Of a stretch of 64,000 nucleotides of DNA, positions 53,450 to 63,977 are shown in pieces (position 1 is the stretch's first letter; each line of letters begins with the position of its first letter). A model generated the notes under the pieces. The model had not been told where the DNA came from, made no database searches, and was given only the letters and a program-made list of their open reading frames with translations. Origin of the DNA: a virus (taxonomy: Duplodnaviria > Heunggongvirae > Uroviricota > Caudoviricetes); the IMG/VR virus record IMGVR_UViG_3300021431_000083. One strand, given 5' to 3'. The translations under genes were made by a program, and so were the position numbers.

Positions 53450-54511
53450 TTAGCGAGTTTGGCTAAGTGAAGAGTTAGTATAAGCACCAATAAAGTGTTT
53501 GCCCTCAAGCTGAGCAATAGTGCCAACGCCAACCTTTACATAAGTTTGAAGATCTGTGCTCCAGTCATCATTGTCCTCAACGGAACGAGTTTGAGCTTGA
53601 CCCTCAAAGACAATCTTAATAGGCTTTTCAGTTCCTGTGGGAATCATATAAGCAATTTGAGGATTAACTACCTTGGTTTTATTATCAATATCAGTAAAAG
53701 ACTGAGCTAGAACAACTACATTGTGACCCTTATAGTTACCGAGCCAACCATTATCCCATAGACGGTTCTTCATATCGCCACTCATACGAGCGTCACTAGG
53801 AACCATCTTATTAGCAAATTCTTGGGTGCAATAAATAGTGGCCTTGCCATAAGTATCAATTGCAGCAAGTAGATCATCAAAGTCATCCTCTATAAAGCCA
53901 TTACCAGTAGCCTTATTCTTAGCAGGTAGAGCTGCAGCTAGAGCCGCGAGTTCATCCATAATTGTCTTATAAATATACTCGTCAATGCCCTCCATGATTA
54001 GAGTTGTAAACTCAGAGAACTCCCAACGACCATCAAGGAATTCTTCAAAGCCAATACGAGCAGCACCAGCGATGGCACTTGTCTGGACCTCTAATTCCTT
54101 ACCGTCAAGCATGAAGGTTTCATAACGACCAGCAAGACCGGCACGAGTAACAAAAGTCTTAGCACGACGCTTAGAAGCATCGGTTACCTTTAGACGGAAA
54201 ACTGCACGGTCACCTTGCGGAATTGTCTTAACTTCAGCAAACTGAGCATATTGAGCTTCAACACGAGGAGGAAGAACCTCAGTAATTGTCTCTTCAATTA
54301 GCTCGAAAATAGTATTTTCATTCTTCTTAAATGTGCGATAGCTGCAACCCTTGCCTTCGACATAGCCGCAAAGATCACGGAATTCCTTAGCAACTGCCTT
54401 GGATAGTTCTGCAGAAGTAAATTTTTCTTCGCCGCAAGAATAAGCGACAGGAGCGTTCTTTTCAGCACCGAATGCAGCAACGCAAAGTTTCTTTAGATCA
54501 CTAAATTCCAT
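53450..54511 (-). CDS. Major capsid protein (probable)
   Basis: 353 aa after portal, protease and decoration genes; strong GC-ending codon bias; no TGA. Confidence 0.8.
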   Translation of the reverse strand: MEFSDLKKLCVAAFGAEKNAPVAYSCGEEKFTSAELSKAVAKEFRDLCGYVEGKGCSYRTFKKNENTIFELIEETITEVLPPRVEAQYAQFAEVKTIPQGDRAVFRLKVTDASKRRAKTFVTRAGLAGRYETFMLDGKELEVQTSAIAGAARIGFEEFLDGRWEFSEFTTLIMEGIDEYIYKTIMDELAALAAALPAKNKATGNGFIEDDFDDLLAAIDTYGKATIYCTQEFANKMVPSDARMSGDMKNRLWDNGWLGNYKGHNVVVLAQSFTDIDNKTKVVNPQIAYMIPTGTEKPIKIVFEGQAQTRSVEDNDDWSTDLQTYVKVGVGTIAQLEGKHFIGAYTNSSLSQTR

Positions 54512-54531
54512 GTTTTCTCTCCTCTCACAAA

Positions 54532-55083
54532 TTATTGGGCATCAGCAATAATACGAATTTTTACAGCTGGAGTAATAGCATCAGGAAGCGTATACTCCTT
54601 AATAACCTCAGCGAAAGCAGTCTTACCAGTTGGAACTGTACTAGAAAGTAGACCTTGAGCATTAGGATAAAGCTTAGCTCCAACAGCATAAGAAGCTGCA
54701 TCTGCTAATGTATTTGTAGTATAAATATCGCCAGGCTGGACGGCAAAAATACGAGGAACTAATTTACCATCAGTAAAATCAGCGGCCTTCATAGAATAAT
54801 CACGATGTGACTGCTTGCGCTCATCATAAAGTTTTTCTTCATTAAAGACCATGTACCAAGGACCATCAGTAGCATTATCCATATTTAGATTGCCATCAAC
54901 AGCGTCATATTTAACATACATGCCATTCTCTAGTTCAGTAATAGTGCTAACAGCTTCATACTGAGCATAGACTTGACCATTACGGGGTGCGGACAGATGG
55001 TTAGGTTCAACAACACCTTTCTTACCGGCATCAGCATTTGCTGTTTTACCATCTGCGCTCTTACGATAAATCGCAATAGACAT
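54532..55083 (-). CDS. Head decoration/capsid-associated protein (probable)
   Basis: Between scaffold and MCP; VEPNHLS...GQVYAQ...ENGM; no TGA. Confidence 0.65.
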   Translation of the reverse strand: MSIAIYRKSADGKTANADAGKKGVVEPNHLSAPRNGQVYAQYEAVSTITELENGMYVKYDAVDGNLNMDNATDGPWYMVFNEEKLYDERKQSHRDYSMKAADFTDGKLVPRIFAVQPGDIYTTNTLADAASYAVGAKLYPNAQGLLSSTVPTGKTAFAEVIKEYTLPDAITPAVKIRIIADAQ

Positions 55084-55112
55084 ATTTCCTGTCCTCCTTC
55101 TAAAAATTATAA

Positions 55113-56447
55113 TTAGTTATTCTTGGCATCACGAAGTGCCTGTAGCACAGGAGACACTACAGTTGTGTCTACTGCGGCATCTAGTGAAAAAGTTGTAATG
55201 GGGTCTGTATCGATTTCTTCGACTTCAGCCTTTTTACCATCAACTTCACTAAAATCAACATTTTCTTTAACAAATGCTAAAGCAAGCTTGGATTCAATTT
55301 CTTCAATAGTATATTCATTTTTATGATCAGAAATTTCTTTACGAGCTTCATCACTTAGCATATGATATTTAGCAATAAGTGCATCCTTTTGCTGATTTTC
55401 AATCCCTAGTTTAAATTCACGCAGAGATTCAAGCTCAGCCTTTGTAGCTTCAAGTTCAGCTTTTACTGCTTCAAACTGACTTTCAATCTCTTCTAGGGCA
55501 TGATTCTGACGAGGTTTCTTCTCACCAGTTTCGTCGTCATCTGCGGCCTGCTCTTCATCGTCAGACTCTTCTTCCTCGCCAGATTCTTCATCATCTTTAT
55601 CATCATCATCCGCAAAGGAAGTTGGAACGACATCGTCAGCATTGGATTCTGCTTGGAACTCAGTTTCCTCTACTTCAACTTCTTCTGTAGTTTCTTCCTG
55701 AACTTCTAGAGCAGTTTGATCCATATCTGACCCTCCTTCGTTATATTGTAAAGCATCTTTTAATTCATTCATCATAGTAAACAATGTATTCATAAATTCA
55801 TCTTTTACAGTAAAATCTTTACTTACTTGTTTGTCAGTAACAGCCGCACCTTCAAAACAAGGTTCAACGTCAGAACCTAAAATACATAGTTTACTAAAAG
55901 TTGCATCATTAATAATAAAAAATTCAACACCAGATTTTGTATTTGTAGCCCAATGTCCATCTAATGATGCTTCGTCTAATTCCATTGATTGCGGCAAACC
56001 CTCATCAATAGCTTTCTGCACTTCAGGATATTGTCCTGTTCAAAGGTATCCCGTAGTCATTAGATATTTACGAGTAGTTTCATTACCAAATTCATCTGTG
56101 TCAACAAAATCTTTAAACCAGACTTTTGCATCAGGGGCAACGAAACCATAAGGTTGAGTCTTACAAGAGAACTTTATTTCTCCATCTTCAATTGTGACAA
56201 CATGTCCATGATCACCAAAATCATCTTTGTTTTCAATAAAAGCTGCAACGATTGGTGTGCCGGGGAGAGAATTCGCCATGTCTTTAGCAACATCCTCCGT
56301 GATGTAAGAACCGTTGCGGTTCTCTCCCACGTATAGGACTTTAATTTCACACTGAGAGATTAAAGGATTATAAGGTTCAATGTTAAGAAACTCAGGTGCC
56401 GCAATTGTAGCAACTGATTGATTTTTTAACATATCACTCACTCTCAT
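55113..56447 (-). CDS. Prohead protease/scaffold fusion, 444 aa, 1 TGA
   Basis: GENRNGS, TTGYL(W)TGQY, QSME, CILG..VEPCFEGA; acidic linker; coiled-coil C-terminus. Confidence 0.8.
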
Positions 56448-56449
56448 TT

Positions 56450-58036
56450 TTAGCCAGAAGCCTCAATATTACGGAGAGTCTTTTCAGACTTTTCGTCATC
56501 TGGCTTTTCTGGTCTCCCGCCCTGTGATTTTTCTGACTGGGCGTTGTCATCTTTCTTTTCTGTTGTTTTATTTCTACCTGAATCGGGTGCCTTAGTTCCG
56601 CTCATTGTAGAAGACATTTGAGGTGGAACAAACAAATCGTTTAATGAAAGCATACCATTTTCAAAACATGCAGTTGCAATAATTTCACTTTGAGACATTC
56701 CAAGAGCAACCTGAGGTAATAATTTGGAAAACCCAATTTGAGTTTGTTCTTTATACATCTTAGACAAATCTTTATAATTATAGATTGTCGTAGGTAAAAT
56801 AGAAACAGTGTATTTAAGCCTCTTGGGGTTCCTATTGAATGCCGCAAGTAGACGTTCCGCATATTTCTCAAATTGTAATAACAAATCAGTCATGGTAGCT
56901 TCGTCATTTGCGATTGATTTGTCCAAAGCAGTTTGACCGTCTGTATTGAATTGTTTCTGGCTAACGCCCGCTTCATTATAAAGTGAACGTTCAACCCTCT
57001 CCAATTCATCTACAGAGGTTAAATTACTTCTGTCTGATAAGTCAGCAACATCAACATCCGCAAACGTTGTTAAGACACTAATTCCAATAGTATCACCCAA
57101 CATTGCAACCGCATTATTATGCAGAGCATTTGCTTCTTGAACATCAAAGATTAAATCACCATTTTTGTCAATTGGCATTTGTTGAATAATAATCTTTAAT
57201 AATTGTTGTGCCATCTTATCTCTATCTAGTTGTTTCGCATCTTCCAAATCTAAAATTGCGGGAATCACAGGTATAAACAGTGGCGCGTCACTGTTACACA
57301 GAGAAAACTTTACAACTTTAGACGGATCGAGTAAAAATCAACCACTATCATCGCCATTAAAATCTTTTGGTAATTTACCTTCTTTATAGGCGATATATGC
57401 TTTTTGAAATTCCTTTGGAAATGTTTTTAGTACACGGAGTTTATAAACATTATCAGTAAAGAAATCATCAAAAAATTTTATATTGAATTCAACCGCTGGT
57501 ATACCATCAATCTCGTAACGAGAACGACAGTAATCAGGGTGTAATTCCTGTAAGAATGCGGCTGTTCCTTTATCTAAAATATATCCATAGTAACAGCCAT
57601 TTTTTATAACACTTAATGCATATAAACCGAAATTTCTTTTAAGATTAGATTCTTCTAAATACTTAGTAGCTTTTATCCATCCCTCTATAACTTTTTCGTC
57701 TTTAACTTTATCATCATATCGCTGTGGCGTTACGGTCCAGTCATATCGGTATAGGTAAGCCATGTATCGACATAGTCTTGAATAGATACCGCTTGTTTCA
57801 AAGAAATAATTTGAAATACGTCTCATTTCTTTGATATCGCGTCTATTAATTGCGCGTTCAACGGTTTGTTTATCGTAAAGACGATTGGAAGATTTGTAAT
57901 AATTAATTAAAGTTGCAATCTCACCATTTAAAGTATTTTTACCTACTTTAATTTTAGAAAAGTCAAGAGTGGAGGTATTTGTTGTATTAGAGTGTAATCT
58001 AAAATCTCTTTGATGCTTTTCTTTGTAAAAAGCCAA
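56450..58036 (-). CDS. Portal protein (probable), 528 aa, 1 TGA
   Basis: Joins track ORFs 57338 and 56450 through SG(W)FLLDP; TTG start with AGGAGG; between terminase and protease. Confidence 0.8.
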
Positions 58037-58046
58037 ACCGCACCTC

Positions 58047-58406
58047 CTAATAACCGTTAATCAGATTCATTAAATAATCATAGGTTAATCGGTTTTCTTC
58101 TGTAAATGGAATAGTTATTAACCTATATCCATGTTCTAAGCAGTATCTTCGTTTTAATGTATCGTTATGCTGTTGACGGAAAAGTCCTTTTTTACCACCA
58201 AATTTACTAACTGGTACATAGTGTTGACGTCCATTATATTCAATGAGACAATCAATATTTCCATCATCATCAAAACAACAAAAATCAAAACGTAAATGTT
58301 TACCATTTTCTGCGGTTAAATCATCAAAAATATATTCTTCTTCAAAAGGGATATTTCCATAGGTTAAAAATTCATGAATTTTAATTTCACCTTGGCTTGA
58401 TAACAT
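58047..58406 (-). CDS. PD-(D/E)XK / Vsr-like endonuclease
   Basis: S.GE..I...L, LRFDF, IEYNGRQHY, D..KR.YC. Confidence 0.8.
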   Translation of the reverse strand: MLSSQGEIKIHEFLTYGNIPFEEEYIFDDLTAENGKHLRFDFCCFDDDGNIDCLIEYNGRQHYVPVSKFGGKKGLFRQQHNDTLKRRYCLEHGYRLITIPFTEENRLTYDYLMNLINGY

Positions 58407-58439
58407 TTAACCACCTCCTTAACATCTTACGTTCTAATA

Positions 58440-58475
58440 TATATAAATTTTGTGAGATAGGAATTATTAAATTTT
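58440..58475 (-). promoter_or_regulatory. Candidate phage late promoter AAAAT-N4-TAATT-N16-TATATA
   Basis: Matches 10539-10574 in boxes and spacing; heads the portal-capsid operon. Confidence 0.45.
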
Positions 58476-58499
58476 GATAAAAATACTAAAAAATTTTTT

Positions 58500-60269
58500 T
58501 TAGTGCATAATGGGTTTTGTATACATCATAAAATCTGATATATTGCGGCTAGAACGTTTTCTACCTTTATCTTCTTCTAACTTACAATAATATAATCCAT
58601 ATATCAAAGCAGAAAATTTATCGTGTTTAATTTTTTTATTTGCGGGCTTGAGCAAAATATTGGCACCTTCAGATTCTTCAATTAAATTTGCCATCTGTTC
58701 CCGCAATATATTTGTTTGAACATACGGAAGAAGATATTCCGCACGTTTTTCAGGTGTCATTTTTTTACCTTGGGCCTGAGCCATTAATTTATTTTTAGCA
58801 ACACTATCATCAATTAAGAACTTAATTTTACCATGCTGTAATTGAGTTTGACAATATGAATACATTTCAGTATTTAATGGAGCAGTTGCTTTCATTATAT
58901 ACATTGCATTATGAATAGTATCTGGTGTTTCAAATCTTTTATATTTTTGTCGTTCATCGTCATCTTTGTATTGAACACCTCAATTATATAGTGTTTCACC
59001 TGTCTCTGGATCAATTTGATCTGTTACTAAAAAGTCAACTAAACCACTACCAAGGCCATTTCCGTCTACAACCGCAATTTTACAACCATATTGATTAAAC
59101 AACTGTTTAATTTTAAGAGCCTGAATACCGAAATGTTCCGCATCAATAGTATAAATATTAACGAGTTGTTTTAAAGGCACCCCACTTGGTGCAGGAGATA
59201 CTTTAAAAACACAAATTTCTGTCGTACAATTAAAACGTCCAACGTCTACTCCGAGTATATAATATGTCTTACTACTATTTCGACCATTAGGTTTATATTC
59301 TGGAAGATTTAATATCCTGTTACGATCAAATACTTCATAACTAAAGAATGCGGATTCAATATCTCCTCCTCAGTTACTATTATATTCTCGATCAAAAGTT
59401 GCTTCATTAAAAGTACCTTCCATCTTTAAGTCTGATACGAAACTACCAGGAATAAGTCCTTCTTTAACAGGAATACGTCAATCTCCACCAAAAATAAATG
59501 CTTCTGTTGGTCGTGCAACCATTTGACAAAGCATTTGAATAAGTCTATCATATGCATAAGTATTTTTATATCCCGCAGAAGTAATAAATGTTTGAGATTG
59601 ATTAAGTATTTCATTAGGATCTACATCACCATTAGGGAGACGTCTTGAAACATTCATTGTAGGAATAATAACTTGCTGCAATAAATCTTGGTCAAGAGTT
59701 GCGGCCTCTTCCATTAGCCCTGCTTGGAAACGTCTACCACGAGTTTTATCACTGCATGCAACATTCTCTATAGTACTACCATTACGGAAAGTATAAATAA
59801 CACTGTCTTTAGTTTGACGTGTTTTTACATTTGCCATACCACGAGTATCCCATAAAATTTCTTTATTAAAAGCAGGTATTAATTTACATATTTCACTAAG
59901 CTTATCACTCAAAATTGAAGCTGACTGCTCTTTACCTTCTGAAACTGTGAACAAGTGCGCTCCAGGATATAGTATAGCTTTGATCATTAATGCCATAACC
60001 GATAAAAATGATTTAGAATACGCACGACAGAAAACCGCATATGAATACTTGTGCCGCATAATTACCCGCAACGTGATACGTTGGAAAAAATAAAAATGAA
60101 ATGCATTATCTGGATTGAGACTACATAAATAATCTACGAATCTGTCTGGATACATTCTCCAATAGGCAATAACATGACGATATTCACTTATATTTTGCCG
60201 CAATAAATCTTCTGTTATTTCGATTTGTGTATTATCTTGTTTAGCGGTAAGTAAATTACTAAGAGCCAT
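58500..60269 (-). CDS. terL: Terminase large subunit, 589 aa, 3 TGA
   Basis: CRAYSKS (Walker A-like), RGRRF, MEEA (Walker B), ITSAG, GVDVGR nuclease motif, KHDKFSAL; stop TAA. Confidence 0.9.
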
Positions 60270-61477
60270 TATAACTCACCCGCAATCATACGTGCTTCTT
60301 CTTCAATTTCACTCTCAAGATATTGATAGAATTCTTCTGCTTCTTGATCAGTGATTGCGTTCGCTTCCTCATCTGCCGCAGACAAAATAAAATTATCATT
60401 CATCATATCTTCACTCGCAGCTTTGTCTTTTTCAGCTTGTTCAAGTTTTTCAATATATGACTCGATAAGATTGCCTAATCCCAGTTCTTTTGTTACTAAA
60501 TTATAATTGTATTGTTTCATATCTTTAATACAGAAATCTATCTTATCTTCTGGATAATCATCTGGTAATGGAATTTGCGGGATGATTCCGCCTTCTTTTT
60601 CACAGAACAGGACAAGTTCTCCAATAGAGTCAAGATAGCGAGTTTGCCCTTCTTTATTTTGAGCTTCTGTGAACTTAGCAGATTTGCGGAGAGCGTCATA
60701 TGAAGATTGTAATGATTTATATGTTGAAGCATCGCCCACGTCTAAAGCTTGATCCATTTTAAGCTCAAGTTTACAAATTTGTTTAAGCGTAAGTTCACGG
60801 TCTACATTAAGTTCATATTCATTAGCATACTTAGTATAAGTATCTTCCATATGTACTCATTCAGAAGGTTTATATACGATGCCCCACTTAGCCGCAAGCA
60901 TCTTTTTATCTTCATCTGTTAATTCTGCTAAAATGTCATCTTCATTTATACCTATTTGCTCTTGGTCAAAAGTGTATTTGCGGCTTTGCTGTCTTTCCAC
61001 TCCCCGCATAAGAGGATTAAGAGTATCAAATTCTGCTTGAGAAATTTCTCCCGCATCGAGTTTAGCTTGAAGATTCATAAATTCTTCTTGCTCATTTTCA
61101 TTAGTTAAACTTACTCGTGCGGCTGCTTCTTGTTGGCGTTTTTCTTCTTCTGCGGCTAGACGTGCTGTGTCTGCGTAAGTGAGATTGCGATATTGTGTCA
61201 TGTTCATGCGCCGCAAGTAACGACCAATAACTGAAGCTCCTGAAAAGTTTGCGGGATTTTTATCATAGGCATTTTGAGCTTCTTCTTTTCAATCTCGTTC
61301 AATATAGGGTACATCGAATTTTTCAAGTATTCATTTAAATGTTGAAGGGTCGCTGTTATCTATGTACATTGTGAGACAAGTTTTGCATACTGGATAACGT
61401 TCATGATTTTTCATCATGAAAAATTCTTTTTCAGCCTTCTCTCTGCCGCACTGTGTACAAGCAATTTTTTCTGGCAT
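60269..61477 (-). CDS. Zn-finger protein upstream of terL (small-subunit candidate), 402 aa, 3 TGA
   Basis: CTQC...CKTC; joins track ORFs 60857 and 60269; stop overlaps the terL ATG. Confidence 0.75.
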
Positions 61478-61486
61478 AGTCTCCTC

Positions 61487-62569
61487 CTATTTTTTCTTTT
61501 TTTTGGTAGAACGGCATTCTTTACACTGTGGATAATATCCATCACTAGAAATAGGAGAATGATCAAAGAAAAGAGGGTTTGCGACTTTCCATTCGCCGCA
61601 TTTAGAACATTTTTTCCATAGCCCGTATTCTTCTTGGGTAAAATGTCAAGTAATTCATTCTTTGCGGGCTTGCTTGGCTAAAATGTTTGGAATTTGTTTA
61701 CGTCAAAGAGTAGAGTAATATTGTTCTGAATGTACGACACCATGCTCTTGCCGCATAAGTTCAACAATATCTTTATTTTTTAAACCATCTATTTTTCAAA
61801 CAATTAAATCATATAAAATTGGATTATCAGGATTGTCTTTTAAAGTTCTATCTATGAGATCTTCTAAATCTACAAGCAATCACCGCAAATCACTATTAAG
61901 ATCTTCATCAATTTCTTGTTTTAATTGAGAATAATAGTTTAGTAAGAATGATATGTGTTCTGGTTTAAGGAGTGTTAAAGTTGATTTAATTTCTAGCTCA
62001 CCATCTGGTAAAACTTTTACTTTTTCTTCAAGATCTATATATCCCATTTGCCGCATTTGCGGGGAGAGTCGTCCGGTTGCATTCTGTTTATATGATGCTT
62101 TAATAATATAGATTTCTTGTCATGTTTCAATTATTTGTTGTTTTAGTTTGAAACGTTTTGAACTATCTGTTGTAGATTCAAAAGCTTTTTTAAGAGATTG
62201 TATTGTTCTCATTTTCTCTTGGAGAGCAGGGTCGTTTAAAGCTTCTTCTTCTGAAACTTTTTCTTTACGATCTAATAATTGGTTTTTATCATTATTAATT
62301 AATGCATGAAAAGCATCTTCTCCACCTTCTAAGCTATTAACAATATCTTCATATGATTTTTCTCTTTTTTTAATAATTGTTTCTCTGTTCTTTGTAATTA
62401 AATTATGGCCTTTCGTTTGACCTTTTTCTCTGATAAATAAAATATAATCACCTAAATAATTAAGATATTTTTGAGTTAACTGTTCTTTAGGAGTGGAAGC
62501 TATGACTTCTTCAACACATTTAGCTCTTTCTTTTGGTGTTTTAAGTGAATAATCTAATTTTACTGTCAT
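61487..62569 (-). CDS. Putative transcription regulator (sigma region-4-like HTH plus C-terminal Zn finger), 360 aa, 6 TGA
   Basis: V(W)KIDGLKNKDIVELM...SEQYYSTL(W)RK; CSKC...CKEC; stop TAG. Confidence 0.65.
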
Positions 62570-62596
62570 TTATATCCTTCCTTTATTCCTATTTCT

Positions 62597-62626
62597 ATTA
62601 TATCACGGGTAAAGCAATGCTGTCTA
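62597..62626 (-). promoter_or_regulatory. sigma70-type promoter for the regulator-terminase operon
   Basis: TAGACA-N18-TATAAT with TG extension. Confidence 0.75.
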
Positions 62627-63041
62627 GAACTTTTTTTGACAAAAATTAAAATTTAAGCTATATTATATAATTTTAAGGTAGAGGAGGTTGCCGAAATTTG
62701 ATATATTGAAAAATTTTAATTTAAGAAATTTGGGGTACGTTCTTTTAAAAATGAAATACGTTCTTTGGATTGCGAGGCAAAAGACATTTCACAAGTCAAT
62801 ACTAAAAAATCCTAAAACCACCCCCCCGACAAGAATTTATTTATCATCGCGATGGCATAACAGTCTTCTATGCTCGATCGATAAAATAATAGCAACAATG
62901 TCCATACCCTCCCATCACTCCAAGAGAAGATAGTTTGTGCGGCCCGGCTGTCTGGCTCGCTGGCACGTCTTCGCAAGCTTTGTGCAAGCTTTGCGCGGTC
63001 TTGTGCACACACTCTCACGCACACTTTCTCGTAGAGCTCGC

Positions 63042-63068
63042 TCGCTCGTGTTGGGCCAACACGAGCGA
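63042..63068. repeat. Palindrome copy 1
   Basis: tcgctcgtgttgg-g-ccaacacgagcga. Confidence 0.9.
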
Positions 63069-63175
63069 ATTGCCATTTGCGCACACTAGGAATAAAATAG
63101 TTTTTGTTTTTTATATTTAAGACTAATATCTCATATCCTGAAACTTATGTAGATATTATGAATATGGAATAGTAC

Positions 63176-63204
63176 TTGACAAACAGAGCCGGCTGTAGTA
63201 TTAT
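63176..63204 (+). promoter_or_regulatory. sigma70-type promoter
   Basis: TTGACA-N17-TATTAT. Confidence 0.8.
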
Positions 63205-63234
63205 GTAATCAGTGAGAGAGAGAAAGGACTTGAC

Positions 63235-63432
63235 ATGACTACCACATCTAGCTACTTCCACGTCCAGGGCCACACCTGCGCTGGCGGGTTTATCGCTGCA
63301 CGTTTTGACTCTGAGCGCGAAGCCTTGGAGTTTTGGGGTGCTGACTCCGACTGGCAGGACGGAGACGTAGTCGAAGAAATCTTCGAGCCTACCAGGCGCA
63401 GCTATCGCGTAATTAGGAGGGTTGGGTTCTAG
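63235..63432 (+). CDS. Small GC-rich hypothetical protein
   Basis: Promoter plus GAGAGAGAAAGGA SD; stop TAG. Confidence 0.75.
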   Translation: MTTTSSYFHVQGHTCAGGFIAARFDSEREALEFWGADSDWQDGDVVEEIFEPTRRSYRVIRRVGF

Positions 63433-63458
63433 CCCTCCTTTCCCTAGCAAGCGCTTGC

Positions 63459-63483
63459 CGCTCGCTATGGGCCATAGCGAGCG
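63459..63483. repeat. Palindrome copy 2
   Basis: cgctcgctatgg-g-ccatagcgagcg. Confidence 0.9.
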
Positions 63484-63611
63484 AAATGTCACTTACACGC
63501 ACTTAGAGAAAAAACTCTCACACTTTTGCAATACTTACACAATTAATTCAATCCTGAAAAGAAGAAGCCTGAGCTGTTCACCCAGGCTTACTTTTGTCTG
63601 TAGCATTCAAG

Positions 63612-63869
63612 CTATGCGGCACGGCGGCGTTTCAGCTCTTCCACAGCAGCCCTTACAGTTTCAGCGATTTCGCGGCGTTCAGCGCGAGTCACGCTGTAGT
63701 CATCGCTCATTTCAGCTTCGAACACCCGTTCGTCAGCTTCTTGCATTGCGGCTTCCAGGGTTTCTGTGGTGAAGTGTTCGCAAGTTTTAGCTTCTGCTAC
63801 CATTTCGTACGCTTCACGGGCGGCCATTGCGTTGTAGCGCTTTTTGTTATTTCTGCTGTAGTTCGTCAT
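63612..63869 (-). CDS. Small GC-rich hypothetical protein
   Basis: GAGAGAGAAAGG SD and upstream promoter. Confidence 0.75.
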   Translation of the reverse strand: MTNYSRNNKKRYNAMAAREAYEMVAEAKTCEHFTTETLEAAMQEADERVFEAEMSDDYSVTRAERREIAETVRAAVEELKRRRAA

Positions 63870-63902
63870 CTCTGTGCCTTTCTCTCTCTTGCTTACAGCT
63901 AT

Positions 63903-63932
63903 ATTTTAGCATGAGTCAGCGCAATACTGCAA
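63903..63932 (-). promoter_or_regulatory. sigma70-type promoter
   Basis: TTGCAG-N18-TAAAAT with TG extension. Confidence 0.6.
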
Positions 63933-63977
63933 GACTTGTGGTGATATCTCCACACAATCTACACAATTAAGTGATGG

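Noticed and set aside
55500-55700. Acidic low-complexity tract as a special repeat
   Set aside because: It is an ordinary D/E-rich linker of the scaffold domain
17365-60269. Inteins or group I introns in Pol, NrdD, topoisomerase, helicase or terminase
   Set aside because: Lengths are typical, reading frames are continuous, and no splicing motifs were seen
1-62569. TGA=Gly (code 25)
   Set aside because: Conserved-Trp contexts (LDWE, PLW, PSHWRK, SRKFW) fit Trp
62688-63120. ORFs 62688..62933, 62812..63084 and 62935..63120
   Set aside because: The SD abuts the start with no spacer or is absent, the ORFs overlap one another, and the region looks non-coding and repetitive
6524-63914. Short opposite-strand or nested track ORFs (e.g. 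6524, 10291, 13102, 18263, 21960, 31144, 34930, 53495, 55500, 61403, 63145, 63422)
   Set aside because: They overlap well-supported genes, lack SDs and show shadow-frame composition
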